A stretch of DNA of 64,000 bases, taken from NCBI GenBank assembly GCA_965153285.1, contig OZ229116.1, one strand, 5' to 3'. Shown in pieces: positions 37,099 to 51,601 of this stretch. The translations under genes and the position numbers were made by a program. This stretch comes from Podarcis tiliguerta (lineage: Eukaryota). The notes beneath the pieces are model-generated. The model saw nothing but the letters and a program-made list of their open reading frames with translations, had not been told where the DNA came from and made no database searches. How positions within the stretch are numbered: position 1 is the first letter of the stretch; every line of letters begins with the position of its first letter.

Positions 37099-38749
37099 AT
37101 TATCCTTCAGAATTTTGTTTGTTTTTTACCAGCAACTATTCACCACAAGTATAAGTTGTCCAACTTCGTGTTCTTTCCCTGCCTTCTCTATCTTCCTCAA
37201 ATTCAGCATAAAAGTAAGATCTGCTGCACAGTTTCTTAGAAAGGCACACATGAATGAAGGACCATAATAGTGGAATCACTCACAACAATACAGAAGAAAC
37301 AGGTGAAGGGGATCAAGCTTAAAGATATTTCCTTGACGGTCCTCTACATCTCTTCCTGTATATACCCCATTGAAATGAACGAAACCAATACTTGCTGAAC
37401 ATTTCATGTATCAGGATCTCCAAAGCATATTCCCAGGAAAGATAGGAAACATTTCATTTAAGGCTTTACCACTTCACCAGAGCAGATAATTAAAGAAATT
37501 AGTACAATTAAGACCTGACAGAGCACCAGCAACCCCCCCAGATACATTGCGCCTACGGTGGTCATAAGAAAGAGGAAGGCTTTAGCACAAATTCAGTATT
37601 TGGAGCCCAGAATAAATAAAATATTTTCCATTGTGGGGCCTGCACTTCCAGGCATGCTTTGAAGATCTGCAAAAACAGAAATAAAAAACAAGCCCACCCT
37701 TAAGCCCTATAAAGGCCAGTTTACCCAATGACTGGCCATAACTCCTTCCTGCCTTGATATCTCCCAACTGATGGAAAACAGCCTGGTTTATATGTAATTA
37801 GCAGAAACAGCTGTTTTCCATAAATGTTAATTCACGTTTTCAGATCCAAAAGCGGAAAACACGTAAAACAAATGGGTGCTGCATGTAGATTCTTCCCATC
37901 TGAGAAGTTCAGTCCAAGAGCTGGCCTGAAATCACACAGCCCCTCAGCATCTCTGCAGTAGCTCCAACCATCTGTTCAGAGGGTGGCAGGAAATGGGACA
38001 GCTGAATCCAGCCTCTGTTCTCTCTTTCCTTTCATTCCTTATTGGTATTAGAGGGGGTCTCTGGCTACGAAATCAGGCTTTTCATCCACACACAGCACCA
38101 ATTAGTGTGCAAATTTCCTCTTGTTGGATCGCAGTATCCATGTAGCATGAGCAATGGTATGCAATGCTTCGGGTTTTTCATGCAGTCAACAAGCCAAATG
38201 CTACAAAACGGGAACATGTTTCTGCAAAACAGGCACACGCTAAGAAGAACAGAGTGTCTCATTAATTTTAATTTGTCATCATATATTGAAATTTTGCTTT
38301 GTCTTCATTTATTGAAATTTTCTCCATCTTTATGGATAGTTTCTAAATACAATGCATAATGGGTTTGAGGAGCATATAGGAACGTATTTGGGAATATGTG
38401 TAGTGACTTCTATTTGGGCCTGGCAAAGGTCCACCAGATCACGCGAGATTTTAATCAAACTGCAGGACTAGTAGGACAACTGAGAGAGGATCCAGTTCCT
38501 TTTCAGCCTGGGTAGAGAGAACATGGCCTACACACTCAGCCTCCTGGGCCCTATTCTTGGGGAACTGGAGAATGTCATGTGCGACTTCCCACAGCCCACA
38601 GCAGTTGTGCTTTTCCAACCAGGATCAGGACCGGACCTCAAGGGGAACATCAACTTTACCAAACACCTCTCAGGTTAGTCCTGATTTTAAAAAGCAAAGC
38701 AAAACCTGAAAAAGACAGCTGGATGGTCATCCATCCAGCTTTACTTGAG

Positions 38750-38824
38750 ATTCCTGCATTCCAGGGGGTTGGACTAGACGCCCCCCAAGATCCCTTCCAA
38801 CTTTACAGTTCAATAATTCTATGA
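38750..38824 (+). mobile_element. CR1 3' terminus
   Basis: TTCCTGCATT.CAGGGGGTTGGACTAGA...CCCTTCCAACT...ATTCTATGA, the typical CR1 end. Confidence 0.8.
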
Positions 38825-39373
38825 AACACACATGCTTCCACTGGTTCTGAATTGTCTTCATCCTTTGGTATTTCTTTTCCTTTCCCTCTGCCATCTTATA
38901 GATTTCCACTTGCTTTCTCTAAATAAGACCAATTCCTTATTTTCTTCCTTTGTATGCCTGCTTTGCTCATTTTTTTTCCTGTTTGGGTTTTGAGAAATGT
39001 TAGGATGAGTAAAGTGGGACAGTGTTTGGAACAAGATGTGATTGGCAGATTTTATTTTAAAAGTTATATCACATCCTTCCAGTGCTTTTGAGTAGCTTAC
39101 CACAATTAAGATGTATTCCCATAATACAAACACACGCATGCAAACCCAAATCAGTGTATTTATTTATTTATTAAATAATGAAAGCAGGCACAGCCCATAC
39201 AGCCCATCATTCACTGTATAAAACATCATCTGCCAGGCAAGCCAAATATTTGCCAGAACTGAAAAGCTTTTGCCAAGGAAAGCAGCAAAGATGGGGATCA
39301 AATAAACCTTATGCAGCAAGGCATTCCATACTGTAGGTGCAATAGCTGAGAAAGCCCTGGCTAATCACGCCTT

Positions 39374-39453
39374 CACCATAGAGAGGGCACAAAGAAAGAC
39401 CACTCCACCAGACCACCATAGAGAGGGCACAAAGAAAGACCACTCCACCAGAC
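39374..39453. repeat. Perfect 40-bp tandem duplication within a degraded minus-strand L2 fragment
   Basis: CACCATAGAGAGGGCACAAAGAAAGACCACTCCACCAGAC x2. Confidence 0.95.
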
Positions 39454-39509
39454 CTTAGGGAGCAGGCCCAGATCTCTCAAGATTGCCCAGCTCTCTATGG
39501 GCAAAGATA

Positions 39510-39636
39510 AGGGATGGTGAATTTGTGACCCTTTCGTTGTTCAACTCCCATCAGCCCCAGCCAACATGGCTAGTGGTCAGGGATGATAGGAGTTGGAGTA
39601 CAGTAATAGCTAGAGGACCACTGGCTCCCCATCCCT
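39510..39636. mobile_element. Palindromic hAT-derived MITE
   Basis: AGGGATGG...CAACTCCCATCAGCCCCAGCC...GGGATGATAGGAGTTGGAG...CCATCCCT. Confidence 0.7.
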
Positions 39637-42266
39637 TATTGTAGTCTGTAGCTAAAATTAACAATGAAATATATTTTTTACTAGGTTAAGATATAAGCAC
39701 AATCTTGACTTGTCCAACATGGCCAACAGATTCACAGCCATCAGGCTGCTCTGGCAGATCCTTCTGGTGGCAACGCTCACCCATTTTCAAAGAACCAAAT
39801 GCAGCTGGTGCTTTGTTTTGCGATACCGCTGATATTATTTTCAAAACTCCCTGCTAGTAATAAGCATAGATTAGCTATCTGGCTCAGAATTCCAGCAAAC
39901 GATCCAAGGAATCTGCCCAACCCCTTTGCATTTCCCTCCCCTTAACCTCAGAGCATGTCCATTAATCACAGCAGTCGATGTTTTGTCAGTGTGGGAAATA
40001 AAATATAGTCCTCTGGACCCAACTCAAGTACCTGGCAGTTGCAGGAAATAGGATGTCACATTGCATATGGATGGGAAACGACACAGCAGCCTCTCCTAAC
40101 CTTGGTAATTGAATGAGTGAGGAGGAGGCTCCATCCTCCAGTTTTCAGACCAAGGCAGTCATATCTACACAGTTCATTGAAAAGGAGAAACCAAAGCAAG
40201 GGACAGTAGACATTACCACAGCAGGTAGTGCATAAAAGACCAATTTGTCCATATCAACTAAGTTCCCAACAGTCACAATGAGTACATATATGTCTGCCAG
40301 CCAACAGCTGCGGTGGATTTGTTTCGATTTTCAGAAGCACTGAAAACAACTGGGAAAGATCAGCATGTGCTTTTACTAAGGGTGACAGCTCTTATTGATT
40401 GTTGCAGAACTCAGAGTGAAATATGGGTTATATAAATGCATATACGCACAACATTGCAATCCTATACATGTCTCCTCAGAAGTAAACCCTACTTCTTGGC
40501 CCCTGCTCTGTTTAATTTTAGGCACCAATTAAAAGCCTACCACACTTCTTCCAGACCTTCCATGGGGAGGTGTCATGAGGAGGTAAGATAAATGAGGATG
40601 TAATGTTGCAGGCAGGCTATTAGAAACTGTGAACATCATGGAGGCACCGCAAGGCACTTGAGGGGCTCCAAGTTGCTTCAACTCAGCAAACCTTGTACAG
40701 ATCCCATTTTCTCTCGGACAAGTCCAGAGTACTCCACTTTAGTTCAGAGATGCGTGATTCATTCAAAGCCACTGCACACCCCTGCTAGATATACGTAGTG
40801 CAGCAATATTAATTTAAAAGAACCAACTTAATTTAATTTAAGCAAAGCTGCTCTCCTCCCCCCCCAATCAAGTTGTGCTGTTCACAGAAAAGCTGTTTTC
40901 CCCTGAAGTGGGGGAAACTTATCTCCATGTCCATTTAAACCTATTAAGTAATCCTTGTTTTTGTTTAATGTTAGCAGAGTCATCTGGCATGAGGTAGGTA
41001 CTTCAGTAACGGACTGGGAAAGCATCTCAGCAAAGCTATTATCTTTAGGATACAGCGATGGCTAAGTATTGATCGTTCAAAACACAGTACAGAATTAAGA
41101 GATGGCAATCTCTTGAATTAGTTGTTAGCAATACAGCTTGCTCTTTAAAAAATCACTTTCACCTTATTAGCCCTAATTTCTGTTGAAGCCTATGTTGCCC
41201 TACTGAATATCAAGGGGAGGGGATAAATGCAGGAAGTATGCCTCAATAAACTAATGCATTTGCTTCTAAGCAGTTTTATTTTTACAGGACTTTCTAACTG
41301 ACCTTTTGAAAGATGGGGGGAGGGTCTCTAAATCTGCCTTAATAAATTAGCTGGTATGTGAGGAAATGGTACAAGTTTAAGAGCATGTGCCTGAGAAGGG
41401 GGCTGTAATTTCACACATACCCTTGCAGCTTCACAATAATCCACGTTCTCTCATGAACTGAATGCCCACATAAGAAAGTTGTTGCTCTCTGTTGCAAGGG
41501 GGAGTGTAGCCGGGTGCTTGGGATCAACCTACAGAGGAAAGGGAAAAGCCAAAGGGCACAACCTGATCATATTTGTATAGAAAGAGCAATTTCAGGATTC
41601 TGCGTGGACTTCTAGAAAGTGAGAGAGACCTTTGAACTACCTCATGCACAGTGTGAAGCTTCTGCTTTTAAGTGAAAGAGAAAAAGAAGGGAATGGCATG
41701 GAGAACTTATCACAAATAAAGCCACCAGCTCAGGCTTAATTAAATGAGGATCGTACAGCCTTCCCTATGAGTGACTTTTCTACATTCACTCATGGCAGTG
41801 CTGTCTCCTTGCTGAGTGTAGCTTTCTCTGCTGCCCCCTCCTAGGGTTCAAAGAACAAAGGGTTTGAAATACTGGGGAAAGAAAGTTCTCTCCTCCCTGG
41901 TATTGATGTGCAAGGTCCTCCTCATCTCCCAACTCAGGTCACAATCTATTTTCCACACACAGCATCATCAATAGCAGCCGCAGCAACAAACCAGAAATTA
42001 CTTCAATTTCCCCAGGAGCCAGTTTCAAATCCAGTCTTTTGACCTCTTGCTTACAACACTGGGATAATATGCTACCTTCCAAACCCCACCTGCAAGCTTT
42101 TCAATGTTCACACAATTTCCCCTAACTCTCCCTTCCCACTAGCCCCATTTTTTCCTAATTACATACACAGTAGCAACAGCATAAGCTCAGGCACCCTGGG
42201 AAACAAGACTTTCCTTGAACCTGGAATACAGCTGCAGTGGGGAGATGGGAAGGCCTCTCACAAATG

Positions 42267-42686
42267 TAGTGGTGGGCAAATCTGTTGGTTTTTTGTATAT
42301 GTCACTTCACTTTCTCATTGTTCTGCTCTTAAATTCAGTTCACATTTCCACATCACTTTGCAATTTTGTTTAAAGTCATCATGAAAATTAAGCAGCAGTT
42401 TAGCGCAAATTTATCCTAATAGGCACATCTTTGTATGCACTTTTGCCCAATCTACACATTTTTTTGCAAGGCAATTTCCCCTAATACAATGCATTTTTAT
42501 GTGCATTTCACTATAGTGCATGCATTTTTGTTCACATTACTAGGCTGGACCACTGCATTGCAAAATTTAGAGAAGTGCAAACGCTGAAGGATGGCTACGC
42601 TTCAGTTTGCATTTTGTTTTGAAAAGTGTGGATCAGGTAGATTTGCCTGTCAATGTGAGCTGAATCAAATTTCTCCCCCATATCTA
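42267..42686. mobile_element. Old hAT-Ac-like non-autonomous element
   Basis: Degenerate TIR TAGTGGTGGG...CCCATATCTA. Internal repeats of the AT(G/A)CA(C)ATTTTTG type. Confidence 0.55.
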
Positions 42687-43861
42687 TGCGTGTTCATAAC
42701 CACAGAAAGAAGATCTTCCTAAATTGTAGCATTGCATTTCAGTTCTGTCAGAACTAGGCTCTTCTGTATTGTGTTGGGAGTTAGCAGAGCAGAATATATC
42801 TAACCAAGCTGCATTTGAAAACTATTCTCTAAGAAGTTTAACAACATAGTCATCGCCTCAGGATTCATGACTCAGGTGAAGCAATCGTTTCTTACTGACA
42901 CTGCCATATCACAAAGTGATTCTTTGGTGTTTCTCTTATTTTTGTTACAATATTTGCATTTCAATCAAGGACAATTTCCACTGTGCCAGATATCTAGAGG
43001 TATTGATAAAAGGTGGCAGCAAGTACATCACAGAGTATCTGACTTTGAAAGATTGACACAGCAGGGTGCTGAAGTTGGCAGGGTGCTCTAACTCACAGCA
43101 ATAGGCAGTATTGTCCCAGGAGACCAAGCAGGAACAAGCTAAGCTCTTAATTGGCTAATGCTTTGCTAATATCTTAAATTAAAAGGAGCAGTTTCTTCAT
43201 GCTATCTACCTTTCCAATACAGAAAAAGAGAGAAAGAAAGTCCTTTCAGCTGTTTTATCCCATCTTTCATCCTAAAGGAGCCCGGAGCATCAAACAGCAA
43301 AATAATACAACCAGATAGATGATCAACACCTAAAATAATTTTATTTTTTTAAAAAACCTTAGCATACACTATAACCTAGCACACTTGGCATGCCTTGTAC
43401 AAAATCTGCGCATTCACTGGACTATATTTAGCACAGTCTTCTTCGACCGTTGGGTAAGCTGACTGGGGATGTTGGAGTTTGTAATCCAAGAAGTTTTGGG
43501 GAGTCTAGGTTAGAGAACTCTGCTTTAGCATGCAAACTGCCTCGTCCATGGGATGGCTTGTTGCTAAAGTAAATCTCCCCCATTTAACTCTTAACTCGTG
43601 ATGAGGTGCATCACACAGTGGCTGTTTATTATGGTTCAGAGGGTCAAACCAGCACATTGAGAAAGTGGACTATTGAATAGGTCTGTGTGAAGAGGTGGTA
43701 CAGCAAATACCTAGAGAAGGGCTGGCACCTCCAAAGTTCTCCCTATTAACCTGGAATTTGCTTGATTCTGAGCTCTCCTCCCTAGAGTCAAAAGCTTAGA
43801 AAAATGCCAAGCCTTGCACTTCCCCCTCCATCAACCACCAACAGCAGGGCAGCCATCACCA

Positions 43862-44345
43862 TCCAGGTTGCTCACCTGTGCAAGAGACGGTTTGAGCATA
43901 TTAAATTGATCCTGGCCTGACTACACTGGCTGCAAATTACTTTCCAAGCCAAATTCAAAGTGCTGGTTTTGAACTATAAAGCCTTAAACAGCTAAGAACT
44001 ACAATATCTCAAGGACCGCCTCTCCCCATATGAACCAACCCAATCCCTGCCTTCATTTTCTTAGGCCCTTCCTCATGTACCCCCTTCACGAGAGGTCTGA
44101 AGGATGTCAACACAAGAACAGGTCTTTTCTGTGGTGGCTCCCCATTTGTGGAATGCTCTCCCTCAGAGAGGCTTGCCTGGCATCTTCATTACCTACTTTA
44201 GGCACCAGGCAAAAACATTTCTCTTCAACTGGCATTTGGCTAATTAACATACTATGGCTTCTTAAAAAATAAATAAATGGGGGGCTATTTGTTTGTTTTT
44301 GTTTTATTTTGTATTTTTCTGTTGTGAACATCTTCACATGAACTT
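43862..44345 (+). mobile_element. L2 LINE ORF2 C-terminal fragment and 3'UTR
   Basis: Translates LHWLQITFQAKFKVLVLNYKALNS*ELQYLKDRLSPYEP and later FSVVAPHLWNALP, the L2 'LHWLP..R..FK.L...YKAL' and 'AFS..AP.LWN.LP' motifs. Confidence 0.85.
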
Positions 44346-45007
44346 GCTGCTGCTGTTATCATTATTATTATTAGTGCCATATTGATCTGTATCCATTTTA
44401 TTAAAAGCTTCCTATTCTGCAGCTGCCTGAATTGCTATAAATCTTCTTCCATCTAAAGACTTGCCTTTCACAACAAGCCTAAGGCATCGTTTTAGCTCCA
44501 CTGAACTGGGGCACCAGTGAGTAAACAGCGTAAACTCACAAGCTTTTAAAAACTCCAGTAAATTGTTTCCTGGAGTATCTTCAAGTTTATTTCCTAGATT
44601 TAATTTAAAGCCTCTGTAATCTGATGCAATAAATAGAGGTTTATTTTTAAGCTCCACAAACCTTACAAAATATTGGGGGCGGAATCCAGCAGAGGCAGGC
44701 ACAAATATAAGAATGGTTCTCAAATAAAACAAAAACAACTATTCAGTAGATCTGTCAATGGGAGGTTTTTTCCTTGAGCCATTTTGTGAGCTCAAACCTT
44801 TCAATTTCGTAGAGGAAATGCATGGCCTTTTTCTGAAGAAACCCACCTCATTTTGTAGGAGAGGGGGCGGCACACATGTCACAGCAGCACAGTGAAACTG
44901 TCAAAAATAGTCTCTCTGTGGTAAGTGATAACTACCCTAGCTGTAAAATGTTGAATTATGTGCTGGCTTATCCGGAAATCCTTCCTGACAAGCAGTTGCA
45001 CTCTGGG

Positions 45008-45320
45008 GCAGGAGGGGACCGCTGTGAGCATTCAGATACTCCCAAGGTTCAATCCCTGCCAATTTCCAGCTTTAAAAAGGGAGATGCTATTTGGGAAGAT
45101 CTCTCTGGACAACACTGGAAAGCCACTGCCCATCATAGTAAATAATGTTGGGCTAGGTAGACAATTATTTTGACCTCGTATGAGGGAGCTTCCTTCAAAC
45201 CATTTGTGTAAAAGGGCAATAGCTCAGTGGTAGACCATCTGCTCTGCATGTGAAAGATCCCAGATTCAATCGCTGGCATCCCCATTTGGGATGGACCAAT
45301 AGTCTGACTGGATGTTTTCT
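45008..45320 (+). mobile_element. Two adjacent old tRNA-derived SINE copies
   Basis: GGTTCAATCCCTG...CCCATCATAG...GAGCTTCCTT (45008-45194) and AGGGCAATAGCTCAGTGGTAGA...GATTCAATC...GATGGACCAATAGTCTGACT (45212-45320). Confidence 0.65.
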
Positions 45321-48300
45321 GTGTTTCCAGACAGTGACCCAGTCTGAATTAACATGCATGCCTGATAGGGATGCCATTGCAATTCTGGTTTTGAGCCTTA
45401 CATTGCAGTCATCTCCAAAGAGCTCGAATAGTAGTCAGTACCAAGAGAGAGAGAGAGAGAGAGAATTGCCCCAACCATCTCCACCATTAGATGGACACAA
45501 ACAGTATACTGTATAATAGTTGCATTGTTCTGTTGTGGCTGTTTGAAGAGAAGGGAGCAGATTCTGAGCTTGGCAATATGACTCCCCCCACCCTCAGTGC
45601 AATGTGAATTTGTAATTATAACACTTGGATCTCAGGTATTTTCCCAGCTTCATCAGCAGCCTAAAAGTCAAACGTGTGATTTTAACTTTGTTAAGAAAAA
45701 AAGAGCACTCTGCATCAGAATCCCAATGTGTAGGTTTTAGCGGTTTAAACGATCACTTCCCACTGTGGTCCCAATTCAGATACACATGCTATTTCCACTG
45801 CAAAAATTGGAGCAAAAGAAATCAAAGAGGTCCCATTCATTCCAATGGGTGTAGGGACTCTGACCTAGATCAGGAGCACAGTGTAGCCAAACAGTCAAAG
45901 GCCCTGCCGTTCTATGGTCCTGATCCAGATTGGGTTCCTCACCTGCATTCAGAGGCCGACCTGTAGCCTTAAGGTCATGTGTGGATTTGGCCCTAGGAGA
46001 CCAGAAACCACTGCTGTAAAAGAAAGCGAGAGAGAGATTAATTAAAGGCAGTTACAGGCAATGCTCCCTGAGCAATCCTTGCTATCCAATGTTTTGGGTC
46101 ATCTTTCTTATGAAACACACTTAGCTGATTTTCTTTTTTTTTAAAAAAGAATGCATTCAACACAGACTTTCTTAGCAAAGCCACTGGATTTGGAATATTT
46201 CAGTAAGGCATTGGGGATCACGCTATAAAAGCCGGTTGATGTGAAAAGTGCCTCGTTGACGACCTGACTTTGAGATGTTCCAGTAACTGTGTTTTAGCTG
46301 ATTTACTGAGCTTGCCTTCCCCACCCCTCCCCAGCCACCGTATTGACTAGCCAAGTTCCAGCTTCGAAGACAGCAGCTAAATATTGATGTATTTCTCAGG
46401 ACCACCAAGAAACAGCTAAGCAGATGCGCTCAGACAACCCTGGCAGGGTTTTATTTTCCCTTTTTTTCTTTCAACCCTGGTGCAATTTCAAATATATCAG
46501 TGTTTTATTAGCACTCGCAAAAAAGAGGGAAAGGATAATGCTGCTACCCTGTGGTTGATGCTCTGTAGCAGCCAACCTTTACTGCACCTGACACTATGCA
46601 TACATTTGTACAATCCCAAGAGGGGATGGGAAGATATTAAACTTCATACATAAGAGAGAAAGTCACACAGTCAGTGCACCCTTCCAGAGGCCACATTTGG
46701 CATATGTAAAAATACTCCAAGTCCTGCCACTGCATCCAGTTTTAAAATCAGATTAAGGAAATCCATTATTCACTGGATAAAATGATCATGATTATTTTTT
46801 GTAGTTAATCCTAAACAACTTAGATTAAAGTCTTAATCCTGTATATACTTAAATTCCTGGGGAAAGATTTTGGGCACACACTTTACAGCCATCTGCTTAA
46901 GTGGATGATGTAAGGTCAACATACAAAGAAATTCTTCAATGGACTCCCCCCCCCAAAAAAAAAAAAAAATCAGTATTGCTGGAGTTGTGGATGCATTTGA
47001 ATGATTTCATGAAGAAAGAAATGTAAAGGTTTTTGACATATTTTTGTCCAAATAAAATTACATCACAAAGCATTGAATTTCCTAATGCCGTTCTGTTTCA
47101 GCTTCTAGTATCTGTTATTCTGAAAAATAAATGTCAGATTTTACACCTTTAAAACAAAAATTAATTTAGCTCAATCATGTCACTGAGAATAGTGTCATAA
47201 TTAATGGTGTGCATTGGGTCACTAAGATGGCACTTTATATCACACTGAAGTAGCTACTGGGGTGGGGTGAGGAACCTCAACAATACTACTAGGCTGTTCT
47301 CCTAATAATACAATCATTTAGATCTTGTAAATGCAATCACTTTTTTAAATAGTGGTGGCACCGAGTTAAAATCAAGGGCCCTCTTGGTAGTTCTGTCACA
47401 CTCTGATATTTGCTGTGGTAGCAGCATGAGATCAGGAATAATTTGTGGGAAGTATTCCCTGGGCTATGGAGTCCCCTAACCATATACTGTAAGTGCACCT
47501 GGCACCTTCAGTGAATAGCTTTCACCATATGCTGAAGACACTTTATTTTGACCTTTGACATCTGATACATGTCTATTTTAGGACTCACCTCTTCTTCTGA
47601 CTGTAAAATAATTAACTGGTTTTAATAATTGTTTTTGTTGCTGTACCCAACTTTGGGACCCTATGGGTAAGAAATCGGGGGAGGGGGATATTAGTTGTTG
47701 TTGTTATTATTATTATTAATTACATCACTGTGCAGCTTTCAGAAAACCCAAAATCACACTTCACAGGGTTTGATAACATATGCATCACCCAGTGCCTGAT
47801 TTGCACAAGACTGTGTTCATAGGGAGAGTATCTTGTATATACTTGGTCTGTTTTTGAACCTTCTCTACAGGGTAAATGTTTAATGTATGGTACCTACTTC
47901 ACTTGGAAGACCGGCTGCGCCCACACTTAATCCCTTCCAGTGTTTATTTTCTCTTTTTCACATTTCCTATGTGACCTTCAGCACTATGAAGTCTTATTGA
48001 GGTCAGTGAACTAAGACATGTTTGTTTGAATCTCAACATGTTTTATTTCTTCGGATTTCATATAACCCAGGGGCCAGGGGCGTGCGTTGCTTTCTTCTTC
48101 TCCTCTCTCCCCCCCCCCCCCCGGCAATAGTAGTAGCATTTTCCTCTCACAACAGAAATGTTAAATTCAATGACTATTTCCTATGGGGCGGGGGCAAGGA
48201 TTTTCCTTATTTCAGTTCACTGTCCCATGGTGATGTCTGACTTTCAAGCATATTGTGTTGGAATCCCAACTCTGCTTTCAAACCCAATCTGAGGCCATGT

Positions 48301-48606
48301 ACCATTTCTCTCACATTCCGGACAGGTGGCTAGCACAGAGATTTTCCAGCATTAGCAGTCAACTCATTTAGCCTTACACCACAGCTGAGTGAGCTTTGGT
48401 CACAGACTAAACCTTCATGACCTCTCCACCCCCCCCCCCCCCAGCCTCTGCTGTTCTTCTCTGCTAATCACTCCACCATCAGTCCCTGAAAAGCAATCTT
48501 ACATAATCTGTAGCAGGCAAAGGGAACTGTAAGTAATTCTTGTCCGCTGCCCTACTGCTCTCATCCAGTTACAAAACAAAAATTAAATGCTAAATGCACA
48601 CTTAGA

Positions 48607-48747
48607 GCTATTAGTCTGAACATATTTAGGACTGGAATGACAAGTTCTACAGCATCTTTGGGTACCAGATGAGGAAATCAGCTATTAGTCTGGAACATAT
48701 TTGGGACAGAAACTACACGTTCTACAACATCCTTGGGTACCAGATGG
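48607..48747. repeat. Diverged ~73-bp tandem duplication
   Basis: AGCTATTAGTCTG(G)AACATATTT...TTCTACA(G/A)CATC(T/C)TTGGGTACCAGATG occurs twice. Confidence 0.85.
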
Positions 48748-51551
48748 GGCCATCTGCTGAAGACTGCATTGCTTACAGAGAATCAAGGTCAAATTTCAGC
48801 AATGGCATGTAGTACGAGCAAATCTGTTCAGAACACCTCATACATGACAGCATAATGGAACTGGGGAAGTGAGAGAAACATTAGTCCCTTGTGTAGTCCT
48901 GCATTATTCTGACATTCACATTTCAAAAAATATTACTGACTTCCACAGGAACTGCACTGAAACTGTGGTGTATATGCTGTTATTTTTTCTTTCTTTGAAG
49001 AATTATTGTGTCATTCATTATTTGCCAAGCGCATGCTGCATTACAATTTGATCCCATTCAAATGCTTGCTTCTTTCTTATAAAGAAGGAAGAGCATGCCA
49101 TATATTCTTAAAGTCTAACTCCAAAACTTTTTGTGGGAGGAGCGAACTGTCAGAGGTCAGACCCACCCAGACTTTGAACCTGAGGTCTCCTCAGATAAGG
49201 AGCAAGGGGAGCAGGGATCTCCAATGATCCTGAGGAGCTATCCGATCTGGACATCCCTGTTCATGCAGGGACATCAGAGTCGGGTGCAAAGTGCTTGTCT
49301 AACAGCCCGTGAGGATGAGCACATGGAAATAACTTCTTGGGTCAGGGCCTGACTGAAAGCCAGGAAGAGGTGGAGCCTCCAGTCTGAATTTCCTCATTGT
49401 GGAAGCAACATCTCTCATTCAAGCTCCAGCATCCCTGGTCTCAGGCAGGGGACAGGGGAGGGGATGCAAGGGTGAAATACTTCTATGTTAAAGAACAGCC
49501 AGACTTCAGCTGTCACTTCCTGGGCCCCCAGCTGCTGCCATGATAATAACTGCTGGGCAACCAAACTACCCACTACTGTGAACCCTTCTGCATTCTAGTC
49601 CCCAACATACTTCCATTCTGAATAAAGTCTAGCGATCCATAGAAGCAGACTAGAAAGCAAAGAGAGTGTTCCTCACCCACTGAGAGCTATAGGAACATGG
49701 GGCATGCATGCAGTTGGTCAGAATTCTCCTTCTTGTTGAAAGGCTCTTGCCTTTCTTCTGCCACTCATGGAAATTGATAAAATGTGTGTCTCGTTTAAAA
49801 AAAAAAAAAGTGCTCTAGCCCAGACACAGCATATAGTGCTCCTTGCTTTTAACCAACCTGAGCAGCAGCAACCTTGCTGTGACCCACTTGGGATGGCCTC
49901 ATGACCCAGCTGGGAGTCCCAACCCACTGCTTGAAGCCCTATGATCTATAGAATGAAAAGATACTCTCCTGAATTGGGCAACTGATGAGTTTGAAATAAT
50001 TAGAGTGTGGCTCCTGGTTGCCACCCACACCCTGCTGCCAACAAGAAGATCAGGAATGCCTTTCCCCACAGCCAGTTCCCCTACTTGGGGCTTCATGTCC
50101 TTGGGATGGGGTCAAAGGCATTTCCACAGGTCACCTTGCATTCCTAGTCTTATTGAGCACCACCAATCCTCTTCTATTCATTTGGACTGTCAGAGAATAC
50201 AGGGTGCAGGGTTTTCATATCTCCTGGTATGATCTCTTTATTTCCCCCTTCAAAATGATCCTTCACATCTAGCGCTTCCTCTTCTCCAGTGGATGCTGCT
50301 TACTGTATTGGGTCCTCCAAACCTACAGCTTTTTTCTTCAGGTACAAAATCCCTTGGAGTGCAGCTCCAATTTTTCCCTGATAAATGTTAGTATCTACAC
50401 AGTTGATGGCACCAGTGACATTTCTTGTCTGCTATTAACATTAACAGCAGTGCTGAATGATCTCATTGATCTCACACTTCTGGGTGGCGAAGAGAGGGAG
50501 TGTACTATACAGCATCTTTGTGAACTGAAGGCCAGATTTTCCATTTTGTGTGCCATTGACTCAAAATGATCCAAGTCATCTCTTGCCCCCAAGCAATATG
50601 TAACTGGTGGGACCATGGAGCTCTGCTTACAGTTCCACTTTCACAAATACCTTGCAGAGGGATATCTACTCATCATCCTCATCTGGATCTTCTGGTTGGT
50701 CATTGCCTCTTTGCTCATAGTGGTTTCATGAGGCTCGTTCTATGAAGTCTGATAACCTCTTTGTCCTGACACCATCTCCCTTTCCTGGCCAGCTTGCTAA
50801 GGAGGACACTAGGGCTAAATGCACAAAATGTTCCTGTACATATTTTATTCAAAAGTCTGCCATGTGCCTGATTGTGGAACCTGTCCTCCTGGAATCATGG
50901 GTCAAAGTTCATAGTGGTTACTCTAGGAGCTGCTTGAAGTTTTTTAGTGAACACATTATTTGATGAGCCAGGTGAGCACTGGGTAACTACATTGACCTCA
51001 TTGTTGAACCTGGTTGAAAACCAGGATAAGTTAGTTGCAACAGGGGCAACAGTTCACTCACTGTAGCATTTGCATGGCTCTCTAACCAAGTTGTTATTTA
51101 CATTGGAGGCTGCAGAACTTTATATGATGGTTTTCATAAGATTCCATTCACAGAGTGATATCAAAAGATATGCTTTCTTCTCTTTAATCAAAGTACTCAT
51201 GCCATACTTTTCTCAGAGCATGCATCCTTTCCAGCATATACAATATTACATTCCAGTGGGGACACATTTTCAATCAACTTGAGGGGTTTAAGGATGGCAG
51301 AAGATACAGTTTTGTTCAGAAGTTCATGCACCGGTGAGCAATGGTGGAAGTGAGTAACTATTGTAATACATTTAGTTATCCAGGACTGCACTAACTCAAG
51401 AAATGAAATTGGCTTCATTTGTATTCCACCCATCCTGTTTTGCAGGAGGAAAAATGAGGTTTGACTTGAGTTCAAGAGTCTGACAGGCAGTCACACTTAA
51501 GTGCTTAAGCTGTGCAGCAGAATAGATCAGAATTGTTATATTTGCATCTGG

Positions 51552-51601
51552 ACATGTAGTGGTGGAAGCAGAGAAACATGTAGTGGTGGAAGCAGAGAAA
51601 C
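51552..51601. repeat. 24-bp tandem duplication
   Basis: ACATGTAGTGGTGGAAGCAGAGAA x2. Confidence 0.95.

Noticed and set aside
50440-50490. CEINEIIQHCC resembling bornavirus N (LEISSIFSHCC); nearby VTGAINC resembling Harbinger transposase; DGTSDIS resembling hAT transposase
   Set aside because: Each match is very short, flanking residues do not extend it, and the three interpretations are mutually exclusive.
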